Positions 8,838-16,462 of a stretch of 24,968 nt of DNA are shown piece by piece. The translations under genes and the position numbers were made by a program. This DNA comes from a virus. Its lineage: Duplodnaviria; Caudoviricetes. The DNA is taken from positions 1 to 24,968 of IMG/VR virus record IMGVR_UViG_3300020045_003178; one strand, given 5' to 3'. The stretch's first letter is position 1; each line of letters opens with the position of its first letter. The notes under the pieces are model-generated. The model did no database searches. It saw only the letters and a program-made list of their open reading frames with translations, and was not told the DNA's origin.

Positions 8838-9338
8838 TTATATGTAATTATCAATATCCTGTAAAAACTCGTTTGCCGTATTATAGAAAGATTTAGAAAC
8901 GGTTTCAAAATTCCAAAACTTATTCAATTTTGTAATTACTTCATTTTGGTTTTTAGTCAATATTTCCAAATTACTTTCTTCGTCTTCACCTGTAAAGTTT
9001 GCGCTTAATCCTAAAGTTTCTAAATACTCGTCAAAATCATTTTTATTTATATGCCTTCGCAACATTTCAATATGTTCGTTTAGCGAATAATTAAGCACAT
9101 TAGTTTGAATGTGCTTAATTGACCCTTTAACACTCTTAAAATGATCTATATTCTTATACAAAACAAAACAAAGTAGTTTCGCATATAGAATATTGTCCCT
9201 TACTTGCGCCTCTTGCTTAATTCTAAGCTCCTCATTCAACAATTTAAGTGCTTCGATATCTTCCTTGTACACTTTCTCTTTTGAACGCTTAAAAACGTTA
9301 AAAACTCTTTTCAATGCGTTTTCGGTTTTCCAGCTCAT
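8838..9338 (-). CDS. Hypothetical protein in the replication module
   Basis: 166-aa ORF between initiator and helicase. Confidence 0.7.
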   Translation of the reverse strand: MSWKTENALKRVFNVFKRSKEKVYKEDIEALKLLNEELRIKQEAQVRDNILYAKLLCFVLYKNIDHFKSVKGSIKHIQTNVLNYSLNEHIEMLRRHINKNDFDEYLETLGLSANFTGEDEESNLEILTKNQNEVITKLNKFWNFETVSKSFYNTANEFLQDIDNYI

Positions 9339-9349
9339 GTTTTTAGTTT

Positions 9350-9949
9350 TTAGATTGCATATTGTTTTTTAATCCTGACCCAATTAGTAAAATGCTTTTG
9401 AAAGTTTTTAAGTGACTTATCTGTTTTCTCTCCTATAGTTCCGCAATGGTTTGTAAAGTCTGTTAATGCGTGTTGTATTTTGTTTCTGTCTATTTTGTAA
9501 ACTCGTTCTATATCTTCTTTCCAGTCTTCATCGAATAAACATATTTTTACAGCATCTTCAAATTTTATTACAGCGTTATTAGTAGTTGTATCACTTACAC
9601 TTACACTTACACTTACGGTTGATTTAGTTGGATTTAGTTCAACTTTCAACTCGTTAGTTGAATCTAGTTGCTTTTTCAACTTGCGAGCTTCGGCACTTGC
9701 TAACCCTGCAAGCCTAGCTTTTTCAATACGTTGAGGTGATTTATCTTCCCATTTTGTTAAGTCTCTTTTTAATGTCGCTTTAATATCAATAAACATTAAT
9801 TTAGTAGTTCTATCTGGATACTCTGGGTTTAAGTCATTTACGTACCTAAAAAAGTGCTTAATAAGTCTTCCCGCCTCTTCGTCTTCAAGCTCTTCAAATT
9901 TATCAATCCAATCAGCATAAACTATTATGCTTTTCTTGTTTTCTGCCAT
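9350..9949 (-). CDS. Putative replication initiator (DUF6291-like N-terminus)
   Basis: KKSIIVYADW...LEDEEAGRLIKHFFRY, a low-complexity repeat linker and C-terminal HFTNW; start moved to ATG 9949. Confidence 0.75.
   Translation of the reverse strand: MAENKKSIIVYADWIDKFEELEDEEAGRLIKHFFRYVNDLNPEYPDRTTKLMFIDIKATLKRDLTKWEDKSPQRIEKARLAGLASAEARKLKKQLDSTNELKVELNPTKSTVSVSVSVSDTTTNNAVIKFEDAVKICLFDEDWKEDIERVYKIDRNKIQHALTDFTNHCGTIGEKTDKSLKNFQKHFTNWVRIKKQYAI
9592..9670. repeat. (CACTTA)x4 plus 10-bp-phased TAGTT(G/C) repeats; candidate replication origin
   Basis: CACTTA x4 at 9592-9615; TAGTT(G/C) at 9625, 9635, 9655, 9665. Confidence 0.55.
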
Positions 9950-9961
9950 AAGTTTATAAAA

Positions 9962-10063
9962 TAAAAATGCCCACAATTTCAAGCGGGCAGGCTTTACTTT
10001 TGTGAGCTTCTTTAAAATTTCTTAAATGTACCGAACCTGCCCGAACAATACAAAGCAAATATA
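9962..10063 (-). promoter_or_regulatory. Promoter -7 element plus attenuator-like 5' leader of the initiator gene
   Basis: CAAATATA 10056-10063; CCTGCCCG 10036-10043 complementary to CGGGCAGG 9984-9991, which lies in the loop of the 9969-9976/10000-10007 hairpin. Confidence 0.6.
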
Positions 10064-10101
10064 ATCAATTTTATTTAAATTCCTATAAGTTTTTCCATAA
10101 T

Positions 10102-10380
10102 TTAAATTCTTTTAAAATAAATTCCTTCATTAATTATTTTATATATCGTTGCTTTACAATAATTATTATCGCTTCTACAGTCTGTTATACTATCGTAAAT
10201 TTTACCATCACAAACTCTTTGTATTTTTACCGCATTTAAGCCGTATTTTTTTTTATTATGTTGTATTGGGTCTATTCCCTTTTTCATTAGATTAAGGTCT
10301 TTTAAGTCAAATTCAGTCCATTTGTTTTTGTCTTTATCCCATAAAATACTGTTTGGATATTTTTTAATTAAATCCCTCAT
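10102..10380 (-). CDS. Hypothetical protein with a NUMOD1-like C-terminal HTH
   Basis: DGKIYDSITDC...ATIYKII segment. Confidence 0.6.
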   Translation of the reverse strand: MRDLIKKYPNSILWDKDKNKWTEFDLKDLNLMKKGIDPIQHNKKKYGLNAVKIQRVCDGKIYDSITDCRSDNNYCKATIYKIINEGIYFKRI

Positions 10381-10739
10381 TTTTTATTCATTTTAGATTC
10401 TAAAATTATAAATTCTTTGTTTAAAATTAATTCGACTTGTCTCAAAGATACCGATAAAGTGTTTGAAATATCTTCACAATCTAACTCTGGGTATCTTTCG
10501 GAAAATTCAAAAATAAGTTTTTTAGACAATGGAATTTGCTTATATATTTTTTGTTGCAATATTTGATTTTCTTGCTCGTTTGATAATAAAAAACGTTTCC
10601 CTTCCATTGTTGGATAAATACCTAATAGTGTAATCCTTGAAAATAATGTCTTTTTATTTATTCCGCTTTCGGTTGAAATTTGATTTACTGATTTCACGTA
10701 TTTTTTATTTAAATAAAGTTTTGTGTATAACGACATCAT
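10377..10739 (-). CDS. Putative HTH DNA-binding protein
   Basis: SVNQISTESGINKKTLFSRI and EDISNTLSVSLRQVELIL HTH-like segments. Confidence 0.6.
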   Translation of the reverse strand: MMSLYTKLYLNKKYVKSVNQISTESGINKKTLFSRITLLGIYPTMEGKRFLLSNEQENQILQQKIYKQIPLSKKLIFEFSERYPELDCEDISNTLSVSLRQVELILNKEFIILESKMNKK

Positions 10740-11019
10740 TTATCCGTATTGGGAATTTAAGACGGGAGAGAGTCCAGTATTTCAATCCCTCAGCTTCACA
10801 GCACTTTTTTAAGTTTCCGTAGGTTTCGACTCGATCAGCTTTAATGAATACTATTATTGATTGTCGTTTCATTTTAATATTTTTTTTTAAAAGTAATTCA
10901 ATTATATTTATACAATCGCTTAAAGCGCCAACATATCCTATTGCATATTCTGACTCGTCTATTATTTGTCTTTGAGATTCTTTAAATTTTTTAATCATTT
11001 CTTGAATTACTGTTTTCAT
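10705..11019 (-). CDS. Hypothetical protein
   Basis: 104-aa ORF. Confidence 0.6.
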   Translation of the reverse strand: MKTVIQEMIKKFKESQRQIIDESEYAIGYVGALSDCINIIELLLKKNIKMKRQSIIVFIKADRVETYGNLKKCCEAEGLKYWTLSRLKFPIRINDVVIHKTLFK

Positions 11020-11183
11020 AATTTAGGGAACATCTTGCGTTTTAAAATACGAAATTCATAAACTCGAAATAACCCGTGTTTCAGTTTTTTATGATAATCA
11101 TTACATTCAACAGAAAAAGTATATCTATTTGACATTTTGAAATGCCACATTAATATTCTGATATTTATTAAACTATCGCTCAT
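11016..11183 (-). CDS. 55-aa hypothetical protein (MSDSLINIRILMWHF...)
   Basis: Translated by hand; ATGA overlap with the next gene. Confidence 0.55.
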   Translation of the reverse strand: MSDSLINIRILMWHFKMSNRYTFSVECNDYHKKLKHGLFRVYEFRILKRKMFPKL

Positions 11184-11187
11184 TTTT

Positions 11188-11556
11188 TTATTTTTTATTT
11201 ATTAATACTTCGTAAGGTCTTTTCAGCATCTGTCTTTTACAAGAATGACTTAAACAAAGAACTTTACTATGCATATTGCTAGCTACCCTAAAAGCGCCAT
11301 TAATGAAATATACGGTATATTCTTCTTTTCTTTCTGAATTTACAGCACACAACACATCTCCTTCATAAATTTCATTTCCATAAAAATCAATCATCCCTGT
11401 AAATTCAATTAAATATAAATCTACGATCTCATTGTTATTTCCGTACACAAATCCAAAAAAACCTCTATCTATTTCTTGTCTTAATTCAAAAAAACCAGGT
11501 TCAAAAATTGTATTTGTTTTTTTGTCAATTGCCTTAAATTTAATTTTTCTATTCAT
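11188..11556 (-). CDS. YopX-family protein
   Basis: RKIKFKAID and EFTGMIDFYGNEIYEGDVL motifs. Confidence 0.85.
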   Translation of the reverse strand: MNRKIKFKAIDKKTNTIFEPGFFELRQEIDRGFFGFVYGNNNEIVDLYLIEFTGMIDFYGNEIYEGDVLCAVNSERKEEYTVYFINGAFRVASNMHSKVLCLSHSCKRQMLKRPYEVLINKK

Positions 11557-11660
11557 ATCTAAAATTTTAATTTATTAATAATTAGTCTGTTTTAGGTAAT
11601 GGCGGTTTAATTTCTTGGTAATGTGTTATTCCTAGAATTTCAGTGCTTTTTGGGTAATTA

Positions 11661-11867
11661 TTACCAACATAAAGTTTCACTTATAACATATTTTTTATTT
11701 TCATATCTTACCAATAAAACGCAATCAAATGCTTTTTCTATAAATTCAACTTTTTTACCTAGTATTTTAAAACTTTCTTTTGGTAAATACTGACCGTTAA
11801 AATGCATACCCTCGCTTGTTATTGCGAGGGATTTTAATTCTGCTTCTTCTTTAGTTATTATAAACAT
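11661..11867 (-). CDS. Hypothetical protein
   Basis: 68-aa ORF. Confidence 0.6.
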   Translation of the reverse strand: MFIITKEEAELKSLAITSEGMHFNGQYLPKESFKILGKKVEFIEKAFDCVLLVRYENKKYVISETLCW

Positions 11868-12090
11868 ATCCAGTTTGTTTTTCTATTGCACAAATTCCGT
11901 AAATACTTCCATTATATTGTAAGTTGACAAAATATTTTTTAGCTAAAATATACGCTTCAAAACTTTTTTTATTTAATTCCTCTACTATTAAAGTTAAAAA
12001 ACCATCTACTTTTTTTAAATTAAAATCTTTTTTATTGAATCCTGCGTTTAATAAATCTGATGTTAGGTTTTGTTTTGCTAGAGTTTTCAT
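11851..12090 (-). CDS. Hypothetical protein (MKTLAKQ...)
   Basis: Start moved to ATG 12090, downstream of the promoter at 12126-12155. Confidence 0.65.
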   Translation of the reverse strand: MKTLAKQNLTSDLLNAGFNKKDFNLKKVDGFLTLIVEELNKKSFEAYILAKKYFVNLQYNGSIYGICAIEKQTGYVYNN

Positions 12091-12125
12091 AATATTTGTT
12101 TTAGTGGTCTGCCTTATTGGCACTA

Positions 12126-12165
12126 CAAATATAAGTCGAATATCTGTATAAACAATGCGCTTTAT
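12126..12165 (-). promoter_or_regulatory. Promoter TTG-N19-TATATTTG with an ATAAA-N8-TTTAT box
   Basis: CAAATATA 12126-12133, CAA 12153-12155. Confidence 0.7.
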
Positions 12166-12229
12166 TAAAAAATGTTACGTTGATAGCTAAACTTTAACAT
12201 TTGAGACAGTTTTACTTGGTTTGTTGTAT

Positions 12230-12260
12230 AAAAAAAACCGCCTAAATTAATAATCGGTTT
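12230..12260 (-). terminator. Intrinsic terminator
   Basis: AAACCG...CGGTTT stem with a T-run on the minus strand, right after the DUF3127 gene. Confidence 0.7.
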
Positions 12261-12264
12261 GGTG

Positions 12265-12549
12265 TTAAAATGTAGATGTTTTATCAATTTTCCATCCTTT
12301 AATCGTATTAAAATACAGTTCTTTGCCTTCTGGATTAGTCCATTTTCTACCAGCGATATTTATAGAAACTTTAACATCGTCTCCAATTGTAAGAGAATCT
12401 AATAATGCAGTTTTATCCTGTTGAAATTCAATATTAACTAATTGCGGATATTGACTATCTAGTTCAGTTTGCAATATCAAAGAACGTTTTTTAAAAGTTC
12501 CGTTAATTTCTTCTGTTTGAATAACCTCGATTTTACCTTGTAATTCCAT
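12265..12549 (-). CDS. DUF3127-family OB-fold protein, probable ssDNA-binding protein
   Basis: MELQGKI...QYPQ...IEFQQDK...GRKW...YFNTIKGWKI. Confidence 0.85.
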   Translation of the reverse strand: MELQGKIEVIQTEEINGTFKKRSLILQTELDSQYPQLVNIEFQQDKTALLDSLTIGDDVKVSINIAGRKWTNPEGKELYFNTIKGWKIDKTSTF

Positions 12550-12551
12550 GT

Positions 12552-13208
12552 TTAAAATTTTAATTTATTAATTGTTTCTGTGATTTTGTTTTGTAATAGT
12601 TCAGCTTCTTTATGTGATATTGTGACTAATTCCCATATAGGAAGAATTATTGGTTTGGCAACCGTTCCATTATTAACTAAACTTTCGCGGGTTAATTCTT
12701 TTACGAATAAAGGCTTAATTATGCATTCTGGACGGTACGAAACAAAGTAAAGTTTTTCTAACTTATCATTTACTGTAAAGGCATGAATACATTGATTAAT
12801 ATACTCTAACGGTATTGAATCAGCAACACACATTTTTAAATGGTTAACAGACTGAGGGCATTTAATTTCACATTGAATAGTTAAATCGGCAGTAATCCCA
12901 TCAGGCGAAATGCCCATTAATTCATTATCTGACTGAATCCATCCGCATTCTAAAAACTTTAAACCAGTGTATTTTTCTAATTCTAATCGCGCCATTGGTT
13001 CTAAAAAATTGCCTCGCTCCATTGCTTCGGACTGAAAATCTTCGTCAGCATCTTCATCGAAAGGCTCGATAGTTTCAGATAATAATTTGTATAGTAAAGT
13101 ATCGCTTTTTATAAACAATTCTTTTGCTCGTGTGCCACCGATTTTTCCATACCTAATTTCAAACCATTCAGCGGAATTTTGTTCTATATTAAAATGATAC
13201 GTAGCCAT
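12552..13208 (-). CDS. YqaJ/lambda-exonuclease family nuclease
   Basis: EQNSAEWFEIRYGKIGGT, AMERGNFLEP, SPDG, EIKCP. Confidence 0.9.
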   Translation of the reverse strand: MATYHFNIEQNSAEWFEIRYGKIGGTRAKELFIKSDTLLYKLLSETIEPFDEDADEDFQSEAMERGNFLEPMARLELEKYTGLKFLECGWIQSDNELMGISPDGITADLTIQCEIKCPQSVNHLKMCVADSIPLEYINQCIHAFTVNDKLEKLYFVSYRPECIIKPLFVKELTRESLVNNGTVAKPIILPIWELVTISHKEAELLQNKITETINKLKF

Positions 13209-13711
13209 TATTTTAAAATTAATTTTAATCTATCTTTTTCAGCCAATACTTCAGATGTTGCTTTTTCTTTTGACGTTAATGACTCCCAATTAGTTACCAA
13301 CTCGGAAAGTGTTTTAGATCCGTTTAAAGTTAACTTGCATTTTTCAATATCTACTTTTTCAATAGTTGTTGGTGCAGTAGCCACAATTCTAATTGCATCG
13401 TGAAAGTCTCCGAACGCTTTTATTCTCTTTGTAGTTAATTGTATGCGTTTTCCTGACATTTCTTCAATATATGATGTGTCGGTAACTTTCTTTAAAGTTT
13501 TTCGATTTGTAGCATTTAAAATAATTGGCTTACATTCTAAAAAGAATACGGTCAAAACAGGCTCTTCCATTTGTGCCTTTTGATTAAAAACAAACTCAGA
13601 TTTAACTTCTTTTATTGTTACAATAATATCGTTAGTTTTACCGTTTTCATCCTGTAAGTCCCAACCTCCTAAATAGTTTGGATTTCTCAACTTGTCAATG
13701 TGTGTTTTCAT
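13208..13711 (-). CDS. Hypothetical protein, candidate ssDNA-annealing or binding partner of the exonuclease
   Basis: 167 aa, coupled by TAATG to the exonuclease; function inferred from position. Confidence 0.6.
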   Translation of the reverse strand: MKTHIDKLRNPNYLGGWDLQDENGKTNDIIVTIKEVKSEFVFNQKAQMEEPVLTVFFLECKPIILNATNRKTLKKVTDTSYIEEMSGKRIQLTTKRIKAFGDFHDAIRIVATAPTTIEKVDIEKCKLTLNGSKTLSELVTNWESLTSKEKATSEVLAEKDRLKLILK

Positions 13712-13716
13712 GATTT

Positions 13717-14010
13717 CTAATTTTTTATAGGCTGTTCAAAAATAGGATCATTTACTAATATTTCAGTAATTGATTTTGCAAAAGGGTACTTTTTAGATAT
13801 TACACTACATTCAGCACTTGCAATAATTCTACGATTCGCCATTTCTTGTTTAAATTTTGATTCTAAGCTATTAAAAATATCAATGCTATACTTAGTGTCG
13901 CTTTTTAATAAAAGATAGCGTAGAATTATCTCAGCTTCTTTATCAGCGGTTAATCTTTCGTTTGCAAAGGCGTTAATGTACTTTACAATGTTTAATAGTA
14001 GTTTTTTCAT
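13717..14010 (-). CDS. Hypothetical protein
   Basis: 97-aa ORF behind the promoter at 14027-14056. Confidence 0.65.
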   Translation of the reverse strand: MKKLLLNIVKYINAFANERLTADKEAEIILRYLLLKSDTKYSIDIFNSLESKFKQEMANRRIIASAECSVISKKYPFAKSITEILVNDPIFEQPIKN

Positions 14011-14026
14011 ATCGTTTTATTTTCTG

Positions 14027-14056
14027 TAAATGTAAACATAATTATTTACATAACAA
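14027..14056 (-). promoter_or_regulatory. Promoter variant TTG-N19-TACATTTA
   Basis: TAAATGTA 14027-14034, CAA 14054-14056; same form as 17721-17750. Confidence 0.6.
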
Positions 14057-14239
14057 TTAGAAAGGACAAATATTTTTATTTTGTTTAGGAATTAATTCTA
14101 AATATTCTCTTTTTATCTTTTCTGCTATAGCATCTCTAATAAATTGCGCCACGTTTATATGGTAACTATCTAGTTTCTTCAGAGTATCGTGTTGAATTTC
14201 TGTAATTTTTAAAACCTTTACTTTAGTATATTTTATCAT
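14057..14239 (-). CDS. Ribbon-helix-helix-like small DNA-binding protein next to the array
   Basis: beta strand KVKVLKI, helix, then NVAQFIRDAIAEKI. Confidence 0.7.
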   Translation of the reverse strand: MIKYTKVKVLKITEIQHDTLKKLDSYHINVAQFIRDAIAEKIKREYLELIPKQNKNICPF

Positions 14240-14272
14240 GGTTAAGAAATTAAAGTAATACTTTTATAACGA

Positions 14273-14286
14273 CAAGCCGATAGTTA
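14273..14286 (+). other. Left terminal half-site (attI-like), CAAGC-CGATA-GTTA
   Basis: Same geometry as the right arm of site 1 (CAAGC-GAACC-GTTA) but has no left arm. Confidence 0.55.
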
Positions 14287-14329
14287 TCACTAATGCAACC
14301 ACACAACATCGATTGCATTAGCGACAATA

Positions 14330-14602
14330 TTATCTTTTTAGTGATTCTATAAATTCCTCACAGGTTCTTGAAAATGTAGTTTTGTTTTTATCATTGTACT
14401 CATAATACCAACAATATTCAACATATCCTTGTTTCATCCTAGTTATTTTAACAGTAGCTTTTGATTGTTTCTCAAATGGATTTTTAGATTTATATCCGTA
14501 AATAACGTATGTTTTTCCAATTTTTAAATCTGTACATTTTACTTTTTGCGCATTTATACTTAATGAAAATGCTAAAACGATTAATAAAATTACTTTTTTC
14601 AT
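14330..14602 (-). CDS. Cassette A gene: exported protein with a Sec signal peptide
   Basis: MKKVILLIVLAFSLSINA|Q; flanked by GTTATCACTAATGCA (14283) and TGCACTAGTGATAAC (14654-14668). Confidence 0.8.
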   Translation of the reverse strand: MKKVILLIVLAFSLSINAQKVKCTDLKIGKTYVIYGYKSKNPFEKQSKATVKITRMKQGYVEYCWYYEYNDKNKTTFSRTCEEFIESLKR

Positions 14603-14664
14603 AATATTTGGTTTTGAGTTTTTTAAGGACGCTCAATCCGTTAAATAAAAAAATGCACTAGTGA

Positions 14665-14788
14665 TAACAGCTTGTATAGTTAATGCGGTATGGTGTTAAA
14701 TTAATTGTTGATTTTGTACTTGAATTATAGTTTTTGTATGGAGTGATTCGGCTTACTTTTACGCACTAACCATACAAGCGAACCGTTA
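14665..14788. repeat. attC-like site 1
   Basis: TAAC-A, stem 14670-14687/14762-14779 (16/18), GAACC-GTTA. Confidence 0.85.
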
Positions 14789-15064
14789 TGCGTCAGCTTC
14801 GTTGGAGTCGTCATAAAGAGGTTTTCCACTAAACGGACAAAATTTTGCATATACCATCATTTCTTTATAAGAAGATGTGAAATCCTCACTTCCTTTTTTG
14901 CCTTTCTTTCCTCGATACAAACAAGGAATCATTAAATGACGACCATCACCACCAAGAAAGAAACTTGAAGCGTTAAAACCTGCTCTTGGGTCTCCTGTTT
15001 TATCTTTTACTTTGTTTTCTATTTCTTCAATAGATTTCCAATTTTCTAAAATTTTATTTGACAT
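14786..15064 (-). CDS. Cassette B gene: hypothetical protein (C-terminal FCPFSG)
   Basis: 92 aa; stop TAA lies in the GTTA core at 14785-14788. Confidence 0.8.
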   Translation of the reverse strand: MSNKILENWKSIEEIENKVKDKTGDPRAGFNASSFFLGGDGRHLMIPCLYRGKKGKKGSEDFTSSYKEMMVYAKFCPFSGKPLYDDSNEADA

Positions 15065-15114
15065 ATTTTTGTTTTTTAATTATTAATATTGTGTTGAAAA
15101 AAAAGCCGAACGCA

Positions 15115-15241
15115 TAACAGCTGGTAAGCAATATGGTGGCACTCGGCTTAATTTAAAGTTTAGGTTAATTTTGCGAGATTTGTCTTGAATCTCGAAGTTT
15201 TGGCTTATCAGTCCACCACATCGCCTACCAGCAGAACGTTA
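15115..15241. repeat. attC-like site 2
   Basis: TAAC-A, stem 15120-15139/15213-15232 (17/20), AGAAC-GTTA. Confidence 0.85.
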
Positions 15242-15406
15242 CTGGTTATTTTTCCTCTCGTAACTTGCCAAAAATTCCCTGACTAAAGCTTTAACTTCAT
15301 CTATTTTAGAAATAGGAATACGAAAAGCAGTTGTTTTTGTTGGTTCGTTATATTTTGGTTTAGCACCCGCATTTTTGCGAGTGCCTCCTCTATTTTCTTT
15401 TACCAT
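15239..15406 (-). CDS. Cassette C gene 2: 55-aa GGxR microprotein, missing from the ORF track
   Basis: MVKENRGGTRKNAGAKPKYNEPTKTTAFRIPISKIDEVKALVREFLASYERKNNQ; stop lies in the GTTA core. Confidence 0.75.
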   Translation of the reverse strand: MVKENRGGTRKNAGAKPKYNEPTKTTAFRIPISKIDEVKALVREFLASYERKNNQ

Positions 15407-15558
15407 AATCTACAAGTTCCATCGTTATACTTACGCATTGTTATCTTTTGCCCATACTTATTTAAGTATTCAATTTCGCCAAAAACATTTGCCGAAATTT
15501 CAAAACCAAAACTCATTAAAAAACGTTTGGCATCTTGAACTGATTTGTAATATCCCAT
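15400..15558 (-). CDS. Cassette C gene 1: 52-aa hypothetical protein (MGYYKSVQDAK...)
   Basis: ATG 15558 downstream of the internal promoter; overlaps gene 2. Confidence 0.65.
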   Translation of the reverse strand: MGYYKSVQDAKRFLMSFGFEISANVFGEIEYLNKYGQKITMRKYNDGTCRLW

Positions 15559-15589
15559 AATTTCTATTATTTTGATTGTCAATAATATT

Positions 15590-15620
15590 CAAAGATAATC
15601 ATTTATTTTGAATACGCAAA
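15590..15620 (-). promoter_or_regulatory. Cassette-internal consensus promoter TTTG-N19-TATCTTTG
   Basis: CAAAGATA 15590-15597, CAAA 15617-15620. Confidence 0.75.
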
Positions 15621-15656
15621 CTATTTCAAAGAAAATATTATAAAAAAAACAACCAG

Positions 15657-15716
15657 TAACACACAATAACCGCTATTTGCCGAATCTACTAACCGCACAG
15701 GCAAACAGCCGTGTTA
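15657..15716. repeat. attC-like site 3 (short; right arm apparently truncated)
   Basis: TAAC 15657, stem 15672-15681/15700-15709 (9/10); loop similar to site 5. Confidence 0.7.
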
Positions 15717-15947
15717 TTCGTCAAGCAACTTCATAACATTTGGAATTACATCTTTTAAAAATAATGTGTGTGGTACATCATCATCAAAAAAATTAAGATT
15801 TAACCATTTTTCATTTTCATTATCCCATTTTACTTGACCACCAATAAACAAAGGATATTTACCTTTAGTTTTTGCTTCAATAATATCTCCTTCAAATATT
15901 TTATTACCATCTGTGGTAATTTTTCCCGTAAATCTTTTTTCTTCCAT
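15714..15947 (-). CDS. Cassette D gene: short YopX-like protein
   Basis: RFTGKITTDGNKIFEGDII motif. Confidence 0.7.
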   Translation of the reverse strand: MEEKRFTGKITTDGNKIFEGDIIEAKTKGKYPLFIGGQVKWDNENEKWLNLNFFDDDVPHTLFLKDVIPNVMKLLDE

Positions 15948-15973
15948 TTCGTTTGAATTAAAAGCCGAAGTGA

Positions 15974-16098
15974 TAACAGTTGCTACCAGCTATAGCCACA
16001 TTCGGCATTGGTTAGTAATTTTGTGTGTTTGTGATTATTTGGCTCAATCGGAGCATAGTTTTGTACTTTTGGCTACATCTGGTAGCAACAGGACGTTA
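15974..16098. repeat. attC-like site 4
   Basis: TAAC-A, stem 15979-15998/16070-16089 (18/20), AGGAC-GTTA. Confidence 0.85.
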
Positions 16099-16107
16099 TC
16101 AGGAATA

Positions 16108-16347
16108 CTATGATTCCGTTTTTACAAGAACTTCTTCAAGCCAATGCGTGTAATTGTTTTTTAAGTAATCCGTAACATAATGACATTCCATCATTTCTAT
16201 AAATTTATTTTTCTTTATCTCTACTTTTTCATTTGGATGATAATCTTGCATAAATTCACCTTGATAATTTTCATCTAAAAACATAACTCTTTTACCCATA
16301 TTTGGTAATCTATCGGATATTTTTACAGTTCTAAATAATCTTTCCAT
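16108..16347 (-). CDS. Cassette E gene: DUF551-like protein
   Basis: VKISDRLP...YTHWLEE; start moved to ATG 16347 because the longer ORF begins inside site 5. Confidence 0.7.
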   Translation of the reverse strand: MERLFRTVKISDRLPNMGKRVMFLDENYQGEFMQDYHPNEKVEIKKNKFIEMMECHYVTDYLKNNYTHWLEEVLVKTES

Positions 16348-16381
16348 AACATATTTATTTTTAATTAATTCGTACTCCTGA

Positions 16382-16453
16382 TAACAGCAATTACACCTCA
16401 CCAGCCGAACCTAGCAACCGCATAGGCTGGCGTTGTGTAGTTGCAGAACGTTA
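16382..16453. repeat. attC-like site 5 (short)
   Basis: TAAC-A, stem 16387-16406/16425-16444 (16/20), AGAAC-GTTA. Confidence 0.85.
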
Positions 16454-16462
16454 GGGCAAATA

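Noticed and set aside
10705-11019. Two genes fused by a homopolymer error (second start MKRQSII)
   Set aside because: Plausible given the T-run near 10880, but it cannot be supported without homologues or reads.
15713-15737. An empty mini-cassette GTTAT...ATAAC
   Set aside because: Only 5 bp are complementary and no hairpin follows; compatible with chance.
16348-16401. Cys-rich N-terminus MRCNCCYQEY of the 97-aa ORF (likewise MLGQVR of the 133-aa ORF)
   Set aside because: These extensions are translations of the recombination-site arms; the downstream ATGs have typical A/T-rich leaders.
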